Part shown: positions 29,442-38,947 of the stretch, one piece after another
Layout: every line of letters starts with the position of its first letter
Position numbering within the stretch: position 1 is the stretch's first letter
Source: a bacterium
GTDB taxonomy: Bacteria; SAR324; XYD2-FULL-50-16; G965216635
DNA: 64,000 nucleotides
Reading direction: 5' to 3'
Assembly (NCBI GenBank): GCA_965216635.1
Contig: OZ244188.1
Coordinates: forward strand, 768,001-832,000
Position numbers and translations under genes: made by a program
Notes under the pieces: generated by a model
What the model saw: the letters and a program-made list of their open reading frames with translations, nothing else
The model's database searches: none
Told to the model about the DNA's origin: nothing

Positions 29442-29945
29442 CTACAGTTCATAATCAAACCTACGATAAACCTTTATTGCTTGATCCTGCTGTTTTATCT
29501 CAAAATAAAGGTGTATTTGCCATCTTCCTATAGAATCTAACTCAAATGTAGGGGAAACAAATAAAACAGCTTGTCCGTCAATATTTTTTTTGCTGAAATT
29601 TTCCAAATGAATAGTACCCTTTCCGCTTGCTGGTCTAGTAATTTGTGCTTTTACTTTCGTTTGGAAAGGTGTTTTATTTTTGGAATTTAGTTTTAATTGA
29701 ATTTGGTTGTGACCAATTTTTAAAAGAGTGGGCGGAGTTAGGGAAAAATTTTTGATAAATTCTTCTTCCATAGATTCAATAGTTTTATAATTACTTTTGA
29801 CATACTCATAATTGCTATCAAAGTAAGGGTCTATAGAAATAGGATTCGTAACCGCTACATAGATGGTGGATGCTAAAGATAAAAAAATAATCACAAAAAG
29901 ACCTATTATAATCGTGGGCCAATAGTTCCAACTTTTTGTTGTCAT
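29442..29945 (-). CDS. ccoH: FixH/CcoH-family protein
   Basis: YWP + TM helix, TRP...GRWQI; position in the cluster; start moved to ATG 29945. Confidence 0.75.
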   Translation of the reverse strand: MTTKSWNYWPTIIIGLFVIIFLSLASTIYVAVTNPISIDPYFDSNYEYVKSNYKTIESMEEEFIKNFSLTPPTLLKIGHNQIQLKLNSKNKTPFQTKVKAQITRPASGKGTIHLENFSKKNIDGQAVLFVSPTFELDSIGRWQIHLYFEIKQQDQAIKVYRRFDYEL

Positions 29946-29992
29946 TTTATCTTTTAAGAAAAGTATCGGGAAATTTTTTGCGAGGCTATCAC

Positions 29993-30124
29993 TCAAGGTT
30001 TTTCAAGGTATTGAGTGGCGTTTTTTTTCTGTGTAGAAACAGCTTCCGTTACCAAAAATCCCCAAATAGAGAGTAGTACGGTTATTAAAGCTAAAAAGAC
30101 AATTATGCCCTTGTATGGTTTCAT
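29993..30124 (-). CDS. 43-aa membrane peptide, DUF4006-like (not in ORF track)
   Basis: Manual translation MKPYKGIIVFLALITVLLSIWGFLVTEAVSTQKKNATQYLEKP*; ATGA overlap with the ccoP stop. Confidence 0.65.
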   Translation of the reverse strand: MKPYKGIIVFLALITVLLSIWGFLVTEAVSTQKKNATQYLEKP

Positions 30125-31035
30125 TGTAGTGTTCCCAGTTTTAATACATAAACTGAAAGAGCCTTATATTGCTCTTCAGAAAAAATTCTTGACTTTTGAA
30201 AAGCAGGCATCACGCCTATATTGCCAGTCTTTCCTTTTTTGATAATATTTGTGGTATATTCAGGAGTGGCATATTTTGTAAGATCAGCAGCAAAATTGGG
30301 GATATTCCCAGCAGGACCTCCTCCATTTCCAGATGCTCCATGGCATGCTAAACAATTTAAGTTGTATAAATTTTTACCAGTTTCTAGGTTTTTTTCGGTT
30401 TTTAAAGCTCCATTTTCTTGTTTTGCTGAGAGTGAAATCACATAATTTGCAATAGCTTCCATAGCTTCTGCTTTACTTTTTCCTGCTGTATTTAAACTAT
30501 TTTCTAAACCAGCCATTTCAGGCAGTAGATAACCTGATCCTTTACTGCCATTTTTAATTACATAGATAACATGCTCCTTTTTACCAAACTCTACCAGATT
30601 AGCAGCCAAACCTTGATTGCCATCACCTCCTTTTCCATGACATATCACACACTGTGTGTTAAAAAGATTTTCACCAGTTTCTATTAAATGACTATCATTA
30701 GCAGTTTTTAAATTCTCTCCGTATTTTTGCGAAAATAGATCTACTTCGTGGTTGTATTGTTTTGTTTGTGAAAATTTTAAAATAGGAAATCCAAAGAACA
30801 CATACCAAAAGACAAACAAGAATGTAAAATACCTGATTCCTATGAGAAAAAACGGAGTTTTATTCCAAGCCTCGCGAATACCATCAAAATTAAATTTTGC
30901 ATTCTTATCGTCTTCGCCTCTTCTAGTTAGCGTAGTCCTATATACAAAAATTAAAAATCCTACATTATAAATTAAAAACAACCCAAAAAGCACAAGGGCT
31001 ATTTTTAAATCTAGGTTGATTATATTTTCAAACAT
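30121..31035 (-). CDS. ccoP: cbb3-type cytochrome c oxidase subunit III
   Basis: FDGIRE, two heme motifs CVICH and CLACH, GVMPAF. Confidence 0.9.
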   Translation of the reverse strand: MFENIINLDLKIALVLFGLFLIYNVGFLIFVYRTTLTRRGEDDKNAKFNFDGIREAWNKTPFFLIGIRYFTFLFVFWYVFFGFPILKFSQTKQYNHEVDLFSQKYGENLKTANDSHLIETGENLFNTQCVICHGKGGDGNQGLAANLVEFGKKEHVIYVIKNGSKGSGYLLPEMAGLENSLNTAGKSKAEAMEAIANYVISLSAKQENGALKTEKNLETGKNLYNLNCLACHGASGNGGGPAGNIPNFAADLTKYATPEYTTNIIKKGKTGNIGVMPAFQKSRIFSEEQYKALSVYVLKLGTLQ

Positions 31036-31087
31036 TATTACTTTAAGGAAATATTTATCTAAGTTTCCAAAAGGAAAAAACTTTGTT

Positions 31088-31477
31088 TCATTTATGAGAT
31101 TTATGACTTTTATCTAACCACACTAAATAAAATATGTCATTATTAAAAAAACCATGAATTTTTGCTTGTTGTGTAACATTAAGCCTATAGAATTTCACCC
31201 CTTTAAATTTAGCATCGCTTGAATCTACTTGATGGCTATGACCAAAATTTTTTTTGCATTGTTCTGTGGTTCTTTGATTAACCTTACTTATAAAATTACT
31301 AAAACTAGCAAGTAATGATTTATCAGCCCATTCTGAAAAACATTGTTTGTTTTTATTGTAATGCTTTAAACTTATAGAAACTTTGTTGTCTGTGACAAAA
31401 GTATTTCTTTCTAATATCTTACTTTTATCTTTAGATTTAAAGATGATTTTTTTCTTTTTTTTCGAGTCTTTGCCCAT
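31088..31477 (-). CDS. Putative toxin (RelE-like fold candidate) paired with a Panacea antitoxin
   Basis: Basic 129-aa protein ending KIHGFFNNDIFYLVWLDKSH; overlaps the antitoxin gene. Confidence 0.6.
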   Translation of the reverse strand: MGKDSKKKKKIIFKSKDKSKILERNTFVTDNKVSISLKHYNKNKQCFSEWADKSLLASFSNFISKVNQRTTEQCKKNFGHSHQVDSSDAKFKGVKFYRLNVTQQAKIHGFFNNDIFYLVWLDKSHKSHK

Positions 31478-31925
31478 AAAATTTTTTCATTGTTTGAATG
31501 TCAATTTCTTCATCACAGCTTAGCTCTGGAGAGATGCCTTTTCTAGCTTGTACCCAAGGATCTTCTTTATGAGTCATTTCTTCTAATTCTTTTGCTCTGT
31601 ATCCTCCGTAATGTCTATAAACGCTTTCAAGATAATCTTTTGTATCTTTATCAAAAGAAGAATCTAAATTTTCTACTGGTAAATTTTCCCACTTTTTATT
31701 TTTATATTTCTGATAAACTTCTTCTACAACGGGTCCATGAACCCAAGCTAATATTTTTTCTTCAAATAATGGTTTATCATAATAAACTAAATACCAAGAT
31801 TGTGCGTAGTAAAGCAATTTTTGAAGTTTTAAAGGCGTAATATATTCTCCATAATCTTCGTCTTTATGAACTCGGTTAATAAACCACGTTGCGATTTCAA
31901 AAGCAGTAATTTTTTTCTTTTCCAT
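31437..31925 (-). CDS. Panacea/SocA/GepA (DUF4065) antitoxin
   Basis: ITPLKLQKLLYYAQ, AWVHGPVV, L..MTHKEDPW signature. Confidence 0.92.
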   Translation of the reverse strand: MEKKKITAFEIATWFINRVHKDEDYGEYITPLKLQKLLYYAQSWYLVYYDKPLFEEKILAWVHGPVVEEVYQKYKNKKWENLPVENLDSSFDKDTKDYLESVYRHYGGYRAKELEEMTHKEDPWVQARKGISPELSCDEEIDIQTMKKFYGQRLEKKEKNHL

Positions 31926-31957
31926 TTTTTTATTCTGTTATTTTGAATCTTTATGAA

Positions 31958-32125
31958 TTAGCGTTTTTTCTTATTCACCTCCAAAGGCTTATCCAAAAAA
32001 GGAATTTGCCCTCTTTTTTCTATATTTTCTCCTCTGGTTTTAGAAGAATAAAGATAAATCAAATAAACATACAAAACTAAAACCATAGAACCTGTCAGCA
32101 AAAGATAAAAAAAACTATTTCCCAT
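31958..32125 (-). CDS. ccoQ: cbb3 oxidase subunit CcoQ (not in ORF track)
   Basis: Manual translation MGNSFFYLLLTGSMVLVLYVYLIYLYSSKTRGENIEKRGQIPFLD...*, 55 aa, directly after ccoO. Confidence 0.8.
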   Translation of the reverse strand: MGNSFFYLLLTGSMVLVLYVYLIYLYSSKTRGENIEKRGQIPFLDKPLEVNKKKR

Positions 32126-32128
32126 AAT

Positions 32129-32794
32129 CTATTTTAGTCGGTTTAAATAAGCTATCATAGCAACAATTTCAGGAATTTCACCTTCTTCTACCATTTGAAT
32201 CACCTCCTTAGTGTGCATTTGAGCGGTGATTTTTTTTGCTTCCTTTAATGCTTGTGCCTTAGTTTTATCAAAAGTTGTCAGTTGAGGAAAACCTTCTTGG
32301 TTGTAAGGTACGCCAAAAAATTTTTCTATTGTAACCATCTCTGCATAAGCAGTTTCTAAATCTGCTAGGTTTTCAAAAAACCATGGAAAATCAGGCATAA
32401 CACTTCCAGGACTTGTTCTTTGTGCATCTTTAAAATGCACCTCGTGCCAATCGCTAGAACGGATAAGTCCTATTCGCCAAAGATCGGGACCTATTCTACG
32501 AGAACCCCACAAAAAAGGACGATCATAAACATACTCTCCTGAAGTAGAGTATTTACCGTATCTATCTGTTTCAGCCTTAAAAGGACGAATCAGTTGCGAA
32601 TGACAGCTGCTGCAGTTTTCTTTAATGTAAATATGTCTGCCAGCTAATTGTAAAGCTGTATAGGGTTGTAAATTTTTTACTGGTTTTGTCTGCTGAGAAA
32701 AAGAAGGAATAACTTCTACCATACCACCGACAATAATTGTGCAGAATATCAACAAAGATAACAAAAAAGGATGTTTTTCAATGAATTGAAACAT
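32129..32794 (-). CDS. ccoO: cbb3-type cytochrome c oxidase subunit II
   Basis: CSSCHSQLIRP, PFLWGSRRIGPDL, PGSVMP. Confidence 0.97.
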   Translation of the reverse strand: MFQFIEKHPFLLSLLIFCTIIVGGMVEVIPSFSQQTKPVKNLQPYTALQLAGRHIYIKENCSSCHSQLIRPFKAETDRYGKYSTSGEYVYDRPFLWGSRRIGPDLWRIGLIRSSDWHEVHFKDAQRTSPGSVMPDFPWFFENLADLETAYAEMVTIEKFFGVPYNQEGFPQLTTFDKTKAQALKEAKKITAQMHTKEVIQMVEEGEIPEIVAMIAYLNRLK

Positions 32795-32803
32795 TTTTAA
32801 TTT

Positions 32804-34222
32804 TTAGTTAGATGTTTTTGGATTACCAGCATAAGAAATAGTTTTCACAATATTATAAAAAAACAGCAAAAAACCAATCAAATACAGAGTTCCACCAACT
32901 CCACGTGCTATCCAATAGGGTTTAATAGCCAAAACTGTATCCAAAAACGAATAAACAAGGTTGCCATATTTATCTACAGCCCTCCACTGCAACCCTTGAG
33001 CTATTCCGCCAATCCAAAGAGCGATCATATAGATAGCAATCCCTCCTATTTGAAGCCAAAACTGCCATTCTGCAATTTTATTAGAATAAAGTGAAGTTCG
33101 CCACATTCTAGGAACAATAAGATAAATGGTACCTATACCTATAAATCCAACCCAACCGAGAGCACCGCTATGGACATGTCCTATAATCCAATCGGTAAAA
33201 TGAGCCAAAGCATTAACAGACTTGATTGCCTGCATAGAGCCTTCTAGGGTAGCCAATCCGTAAAAGACCACACCTAATATCAAAAATTTCAATACAGGGT
33301 CTACTTTTAATTGATTCCATCTTCCACTCATCGTAAAAAGTAAATTGATAACCGCTGTCCAAGAAGGCACAAGGAGCATAATAGAAAAAACAGAACCTAG
33401 CGTTTGAATCCAATCAGGGAGAGTGGAATAAATTAAATGATGAGGTCCCGCCCAAAGATAAATAAAAATCAAACTCCAAAAAGATAACAAAGTTAGCCGA
33501 TAAGAATAGATAGGCTGGTTACAACTCTTCGGGATAGAATAATAAGCACAACCCAAAATAGGCACAGTCAATACAAAAGCTACTGCATTATGTCCCCACC
33601 ACCATTGTACATTGGCGTCATTTGCTCCAGAATAGATGGAGACGGCGTGAGTCCATTTTCCCATACCTCCAAACCAGCTAACAGGAAGAGCCGCATTATT
33701 GAAAATATAAAGCATTCCTACTCCCAAAAAAGTTGCGATAAAAAACCAGATAGAAATATAAAGAGTTTTTTCTTTGCGAGCCGCACACATAGCAAAAATA
33801 TGCACACCCCAGCTCAACCACATAACAACCACTAAAATATCTATGGGCCATTGCAATTCAGCGTATTCTTTAGATGAAGAAATCCCTAAAGGAAGCGAGA
33901 CAACAGCGAGAACGATAATGAGATTGTAAAGAATGAAATGAAACCAAGCGAGTTTTGGAAAGACTATTTTTACCTTGAGCAGTCTTTGGGAAATGTAATA
34001 CCAAGTAGCAAAAATAAAAGATAAAGTAAAACCATAAATCACTCCATTGGTATGCAGCGGTCGTAAGCGATTGAAAGTCAGCCAAGCGACATCGCCCGTA
34101 ATGTTCGGGAAAACTAAAGAAAAAGCTATCCAAACCCCTATCAACATTCCTGCTACTCCCCAAACCAGAGCAGAAAGCACAAAACCCTTGGCTACACCGT
34201 AATCATATTCTAGTTCTTTCAT
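32804..34222 (-). CDS. ccoN: cbb3-type cytochrome c oxidase subunit I
   Basis: RLRPLHTN, QWWWGHNAV, WAGPHHL, HFTDWIIGHVH. Confidence 0.98.
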   Translation of the reverse strand: MKELEYDYGVAKGFVLSALVWGVAGMLIGVWIAFSLVFPNITGDVAWLTFNRLRPLHTNGVIYGFTLSFIFATWYYISQRLLKVKIVFPKLAWFHFILYNLIIVLAVVSLPLGISSSKEYAELQWPIDILVVVMWLSWGVHIFAMCAARKEKTLYISIWFFIATFLGVGMLYIFNNAALPVSWFGGMGKWTHAVSIYSGANDANVQWWWGHNAVAFVLTVPILGCAYYSIPKSCNQPIYSYRLTLLSFWSLIFIYLWAGPHHLIYSTLPDWIQTLGSVFSIMLLVPSWTAVINLLFTMSGRWNQLKVDPVLKFLILGVVFYGLATLEGSMQAIKSVNALAHFTDWIIGHVHSGALGWVGFIGIGTIYLIVPRMWRTSLYSNKIAEWQFWLQIGGIAIYMIALWIGGIAQGLQWRAVDKYGNLVYSFLDTVLAIKPYWIARGVGGTLYLIGFLLFFYNIVKTISYAGNPKTSN

Positions 34223-34228
34223 AAATTT

Positions 34229-34280
34229 ATAGCTTTTTGAATTTGCTTACCAAAGTTTAGCCAAAACAAGTTTATTGTTT
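34229..34280. mobile_element. MITE left-end fragment just upstream of ccoN
   Basis: ttttgaatttgcttac..gtttagccaaaacaag. Confidence 0.6.
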
Positions 34281-34475
34281 TTACGCCAATACAGGCACAA
34301 ACTAAAAAGATACAGGCACAAGCTAAAAGATCAAAATAACCATGTATAAAAAATTGGCAACTTGTTTTTTATTAGGGCATAAGGCTAAGAATAAGCTTAT
34401 ATTCCACTACGATTTATTTTCAATGGGGCACCGCGAGTTCACTTCCTTCTTTTGCACGGTGCCTATACAACTCTG

Positions 34476-35864
34476 TTAAAAGCGCCAAAGCAGGGAAATG
34501 CTGAAGACTACGGGGGCTTTGATTTCGGCTTCTATCTTCTGCGTTGCTGGAATTGTGACTTCTTGTATTTCCACATCTCGGCTACGGAATTGGGTTGCTT
34601 CTATTCTGTTATCACTACCCCCCTGACGATGACGAAAGCCATTTTGATTTGCACCTGTTCCCGTTCCCAACCTACCCACACGCACACTCGCCACACCAAT
34701 CGTTGCTTTATTACTATCTTTTTTACCGATTTCAATCTGTGTTTCGCTAAAAGTTCTGCCAGTGGTAATCGGAGCAGAAGCTGGAGTAGAACCGCTCAGA
34801 GAAATACCTGAGATATACTTTGTCAAGCTAATATTAAAGAATAGGTTGGGAGTTAAGTTCTCCTTATAGCCTACCGTGATCACGGGACTAGTAGCCGAAG
34901 CACTAGTAGAGCCATTGGTAAGCTTCATACTCGCTAGACCGCCTCCTACAAACAATTCCTCGTGGAAAAAATACTCCGCCATCACCACTGTATTGACGAG
35001 CTCGTTAGCTCCACCTTTGCCAGTAAAGTGAGTCAAGGAGGCTCTCCATTTTTCACCTCGCCAGCCGAATTGCAGACCAACACCTTTGATTTCATCGCTT
35101 TCTGTATTGGTGACGGATGCTGAAGGCGAATCTGCAGTTACAGAATAAGCAGAAAAAATAATAGTTTCTCTGTCGGAGGAAAGATCACCATAAAAGTATC
35201 TCTCGCAATGGGATTTTGGATATAATCCAGTGTCAGTGTCCAACAATCCTACAAGAAAGCTTATAGTAGGACTTGATCTAGTTACGGTAGCATCATTCTT
35301 TGCACCAGAATCAAAGGAATCAAAGTTTTGGCGAAAATAGTATTCTCCATCTCCAGCTATATCAATACTTATGTCGCTTCCTTCACAGTTTTTCTCCACT
35401 AAAGTTCTGATTCCTGTTATTGTAAGTGCTTGAGCGAAAGGATTCCCACCGGTTGCGTCTATTCCAGTTTCGTAGTTTGAATAGTTGCCAGTGATTCTAT
35501 AGCCAGCAGAGCTTGTGCTAGTTTTTGTGGTATCTACCCCGAAACCTTGCAGATAAACAATACCCGCGAAAAATCCCTGTTTTGTGCTAACGCTGCTCTG
35601 ATCATTGAGGCTCTGTGCTTGCAGATTACCTACAAATAGCAAACTCAACAAAACCGCACCTAGCAATACAACGCCATTCCATTTGAAGCCAGCCCATTGT
35701 CTAGCCCATTGAAAACCAGCCCATTGTCTAGCCCATTGAAAACCAGCCCGTTGATTAGCCCATTGAAAACCAGCCCGTTGTCTAGCCCGTTGGTTAAATT
35801 GGGCTACTTTTGTCTCACAATTTTTAAGAGCGTTTTTTAACGCTCTTTTTGTTACTTCTTGCAT
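34476..35864 (-). CDS. Variable outer-membrane beta-barrel protein, paralog 1
   Basis: Extended signal region, conserved beta-strand blocks, C-terminal LLWRF. Confidence 0.8.
   Translation of the reverse strand: MQEVTKRALKNALKNCETKVAQFNQRARQRAGFQWANQRAGFQWARQWAGFQWARQWAGFKWNGVVLLGAVLLSLLFVGNLQAQSLNDQSSVSTKQGFFAGIVYLQGFGVDTTKTSTSSAGYRITGNYSNYETGIDATGGNPFAQALTITGIRTLVEKNCEGSDISIDIAGDGEYYFRQNFDSFDSGAKNDATVTRSSPTISFLVGLLDTDTGLYPKSHCERYFYGDLSSDRETIIFSAYSVTADSPSASVTNTESDEIKGVGLQFGWRGEKWRASLTHFTGKGGANELVNTVVMAEYFFHEELFVGGGLASMKLTNGSTSASATSPVITVGYKENLTPNLFFNISLTKYISGISLSGSTPASAPITTGRTFSETQIEIGKKDSNKATIGVASVRVGRLGTGTGANQNGFRHRQGGSDNRIEATQFRSRDVEIQEVTIPATQKIEAEIKAPVVFSISLLWRF
35685..35792. repeat. About four 27-bp in-frame repeats (QWARQ(R/W)AGF) in the paralog 1 leader
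   Basis: ccagcccRttgtctagcccattgaaaa repeated; fewer or rearranged units in paralogs 2 and 3. Confidence 0.9.
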
Positions 35865-35971
35865 AATAATATTTAATAAAGGTTAGAAGAGATTAAAATT
35901 AGAAATATAACTGAAAAAAAATTAAAATCAAATAAAAAAAAAGAATTTTGCATTTTTTTTCAACAATTCTG

Positions 35972-37324
35972 TTAAAAGCGCCACAGCAGGGAAATGCTGA
36001 CGACTACGGGGGCTTTGATTTCGGCATCGGTTTTCTGCGTTGCTGGAATTGTGACTTCTTCTATTTCCACATCTCGGCGGCGGACTTGGGTTGCTTCTAT
36101 TCTTTGATCTTTGTTAGTTCTATTTTTATCATAGTTGAAGTTTGCTCCCGCAGTTGCGCCATTAATAACAAAAAAAGCTTCTTCCAAACCAATCGTTGCC
36201 TTATGACTATCTAATTTACCGCGTTCAGTCTGTGTTTCGCTAAAAGTTCTGCCAGTGGGAATCCGAGCTGGAGGAGTAGTAGAACGGCTCAGAGAAATAC
36301 CCGAGATATACTTTGTCAAGCTAATATTAAAGAATAGGTTGGGAGTTAAGTTCTCCTTATAGCCTACTTGAATCACGGGGCTAGTAGCCGAGGCGCTGGT
36401 TGATCCACTGGTTGAGCTATTGGTAAGCTTCATACTCGCTAGACCGCCTCCTACAAAAAATTCCTCGTGAAAAAAATAATCCGCCATCACTACTGTATTG
36501 ACGAACTCGTTAGCTCCACCTTTGCCAGTGAAGTGAGTCAAGGAGGCTCTCCATTTTTCCCACCTAAAGCCGAATTGCAGACCAACACCTTTGATTTCAT
36601 CGCTTTCTGTATTGGTGACGGATGCTGAAGGCGAATCTGGAGTCGCTATCTCATAGGCAGAAAACACAATAGGGGTTCGTCCATTGGAAAGATCACCATA
36701 AAAGTATCTGTAACAATGGGATGTTTGATTAACCTTCTTTCCTGTACGAAAGAGATTACCATTAGTATCCAACTTATTTACAGTAGCATCCCCAGAATCA
36801 AGCTGAACTTGAGTTGGCTTTTTGCCTTCAGTAAAGGAAGAAAAATAATCTGGTGATATAGTATTTTCAGCATTTACACCATTTGTTGAGCCACTTTCAC
36901 AGTTTGCTGATAGTAAAGCATATACTATAAGCCTTGTTATCCCTGTTAGATTTGGGTTTTCTAGAGTACCATTATCCCAATAAGGATTTCCACCAGTTAA
37001 ATCTATTCTAGAGGTTGCGTCTCCATAGCCATTGATTCTATAGCTAGTAGAGGTTGTGCTAGTTTTTGTGGTATCTACTCCGAATCCTTGTAGATAAACA
37101 ATACCAGCAAAAAATCCCTGTTTTGTGCTAGCGCTGCTCTGAGCATTGGGGCTTTGTGCTTGCAGACTGCTTACAAATAGCAAACTCAACAAAATCGCAC
37201 CTAGCAATACAACAGCATTCCATTGGAAGCCAGCCCGTTGTCTAGCCCATTGATTAAATTGAGCTACTTTTGTCTTATAATTTTTAAGAGACGTTTTTAA
37301 CGCTCTTTTTGATACTTCGTTCAT
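35972..37324 (-). CDS. Variable outer-membrane beta-barrel protein, paralog 2
   Basis: Conserved blocks nearly identical to paralogs 1 and 3. Confidence 0.8.
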   Translation of the reverse strand: MNEVSKRALKTSLKNYKTKVAQFNQWARQRAGFQWNAVVLLGAILLSLLFVSSLQAQSPNAQSSASTKQGFFAGIVYLQGFGVDTTKTSTTSTSYRINGYGDATSRIDLTGGNPYWDNGTLENPNLTGITRLIVYALLSANCESGSTNGVNAENTISPDYFSSFTEGKKPTQVQLDSGDATVNKLDTNGNLFRTGKKVNQTSHCYRYFYGDLSNGRTPIVFSAYEIATPDSPSASVTNTESDEIKGVGLQFGFRWEKWRASLTHFTGKGGANEFVNTVVMADYFFHEEFFVGGGLASMKLTNSSTSGSTSASATSPVIQVGYKENLTPNLFFNISLTKYISGISLSRSTTPPARIPTGRTFSETQTERGKLDSHKATIGLEEAFFVINGATAGANFNYDKNRTNKDQRIEATQVRRRDVEIEEVTIPATQKTDAEIKAPVVVSISLLWRF

Positions 37325-37432
37325 AATTTATTTAATTTGAGGTTAATAAAGTGAAACTGAATAAAACGTAACAGAAAAAAAATTAAAATCAAATAAAAAA
37401 AAAGAATTTTGCATTTTTTTTCAACAATTCTG

Positions 37433-38749
37433 TTAAAAGCGCCACAGCAGGGAAATGCTGACGACTACGGGGGCTTTGATTTCGGCTTCTATCTTCTGCG
37501 TTGCTGGAGTTTCAACTTCTTGTATTTCCACATCTCTTGTGCGGACTTGGGTTGCTTCTATTCTTTTATCAAAATTTGGGTTATTGTAAAATAATTGTGA
37601 TGCCATGTTGCTGAGTGGTCCTGTAAAGTCTAAGCCAATCGTTGCTTTATGACTATCTTTACCGATTTCAATCTGTGTTTCGCTAAAAGTTTTGCCAGTG
37701 GGAATCGGAGCAGAAACTGTACGGTTTAGAGAAATACCCTTGAGATACTTTGTCAAGCTAATATTAAAGAATAGGTTGGGAGTTAAGTTCTCCTTATAGC
37801 CTACTTGAACCACGGGACTAGTAGCCGAGGCACTAGTTGAGCCATTGGTAAGTTTCATACTCGCTAGACCGCCTCCTACAAAAAACTCCTCGTGGAAAAA
37901 GTAATCCGCCATTACCACTGTATTGACTAGCTCGTTAGCTCCACCCTTGCCAGTAAAGTGAGTCAAGGAGGCTCTCCATTTTTCCCCTCGCCAGCCGAAT
38001 TGCAAACCGACACCGTTGAGTGCGTCGCTCTCTGTGTTGGGAGTTGTTGTTGAAGGAGAATCTGGAGTCGCTATCTCATAAGCAGAAAACTTGATTTCGG
38101 GAAGGTTATCAAAGTAAGTTTTACAATAGGATGTTTCTCCAGTTGTCAATCCTGTACGAAAGTTTCTACTAAGAATATTCTCATTAAGAAAAGTTACAGT
38201 AGCATCTCCAGCAACAATCTCATCTTTAGTAGGTTTTGCACCAGGATCGAAGGTAGAAAAGAAATTGCTATTCACAGAGTAATTCCCATTTGAATCAACA
38301 CTTGTTTCGTTTCTTTCACAGTTTGCTTCCATTAAAGTCCTTATTCCAGTCTTGGTTGCGGAATCTAAATTAAAGGGTATAGAAATTGATACTCCACTGG
38401 TTTCGTCTCCATAGCCGCTGATTCTATAGCCAGTAGAAGAGTTTGTGCTAGTTTTTGTGGTATCTACTCCGAAACCTTGTAAATAGACAATACCCGCGAA
38501 AAATCCCTGTTTTGTGCTAACGCTGCTCTGACCATTGGGGCTTTGTGCTTGCAGATTACCTACAAATAGCAAACTCAACAAAATCGCACCTAGCAATAAC
38601 GCCCCACGAAAACTCGCCCGTTGAAAACCCGCCCATTGAAAACCAGCCCGTTGATTAGCCCATTGATTAGCCCATTGATTAGATCGAGCTACTTTTGTCT
38701 CACAATTTTTAAGAGACGTTTTTAACGCTCTTTTTGATATTTCGTTCAT
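37433..38749 (-). CDS. Variable outer-membrane beta-barrel protein, paralog 3
   Basis: Conserved blocks nearly identical to paralogs 1 and 2. Confidence 0.8.
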   Translation of the reverse strand: MNEISKRALKTSLKNCETKVARSNQWANQWANQRAGFQWAGFQRASFRGALLLGAILLSLLFVGNLQAQSPNGQSSVSTKQGFFAGIVYLQGFGVDTTKTSTNSSTGYRISGYGDETSGVSISIPFNLDSATKTGIRTLMEANCERNETSVDSNGNYSVNSNFFSTFDPGAKPTKDEIVAGDATVTFLNENILSRNFRTGLTTGETSYCKTYFDNLPEIKFSAYEIATPDSPSTTTPNTESDALNGVGLQFGWRGEKWRASLTHFTGKGGANELVNTVVMADYFFHEEFFVGGGLASMKLTNGSTSASATSPVVQVGYKENLTPNLFFNISLTKYLKGISLNRTVSAPIPTGKTFSETQIEIGKDSHKATIGLDFTGPLSNMASQLFYNNPNFDKRIEATQVRTRDVEIQEVETPATQKIEAEIKAPVVVSISLLWRF

Positions 38750-38859
38750 AGTTTTTGTTAATTTAAGGTTAATGAAATGAAATCAAATAAAACATAACAT
38801 AAAAAAAATAAAAAAGAAAATAAAAAAAGAGTATTTTTTATTTTTTTTTTAACATTTCC

Positions 38860-38947
38860 CTAGTCTAGCCAAATATAACATTCAAATTATTAGTTTAGCT
38901 AGACTTTACCAAAGTCTAGCCAAAACATAACGCAAATTCAAAAGTCT
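38860..38947. mobile_element. MITE end fragment overlapping the ileS stop codon
   Basis: cataacgcaaattcaaaagtct TIR; internal short duplication agtctagccaaa. Confidence 0.7.

Noticed and set aside
31040..32010. Target duplication around the TA pair (ttccttttgga versus ttccttttttgga)
   Set aside because: Too short and low in complexity for an AT-rich genome
34452..37594. Plus-strand ORFs at 34452, 35948 and 37409
   Set aside because: Antisense shadows of the conserved OMP 3' ends
34476..38749. Diversity-generating retroelement
   Set aside because: No reverse transcriptase or template repeat; differences include indels and are not adenine-specific
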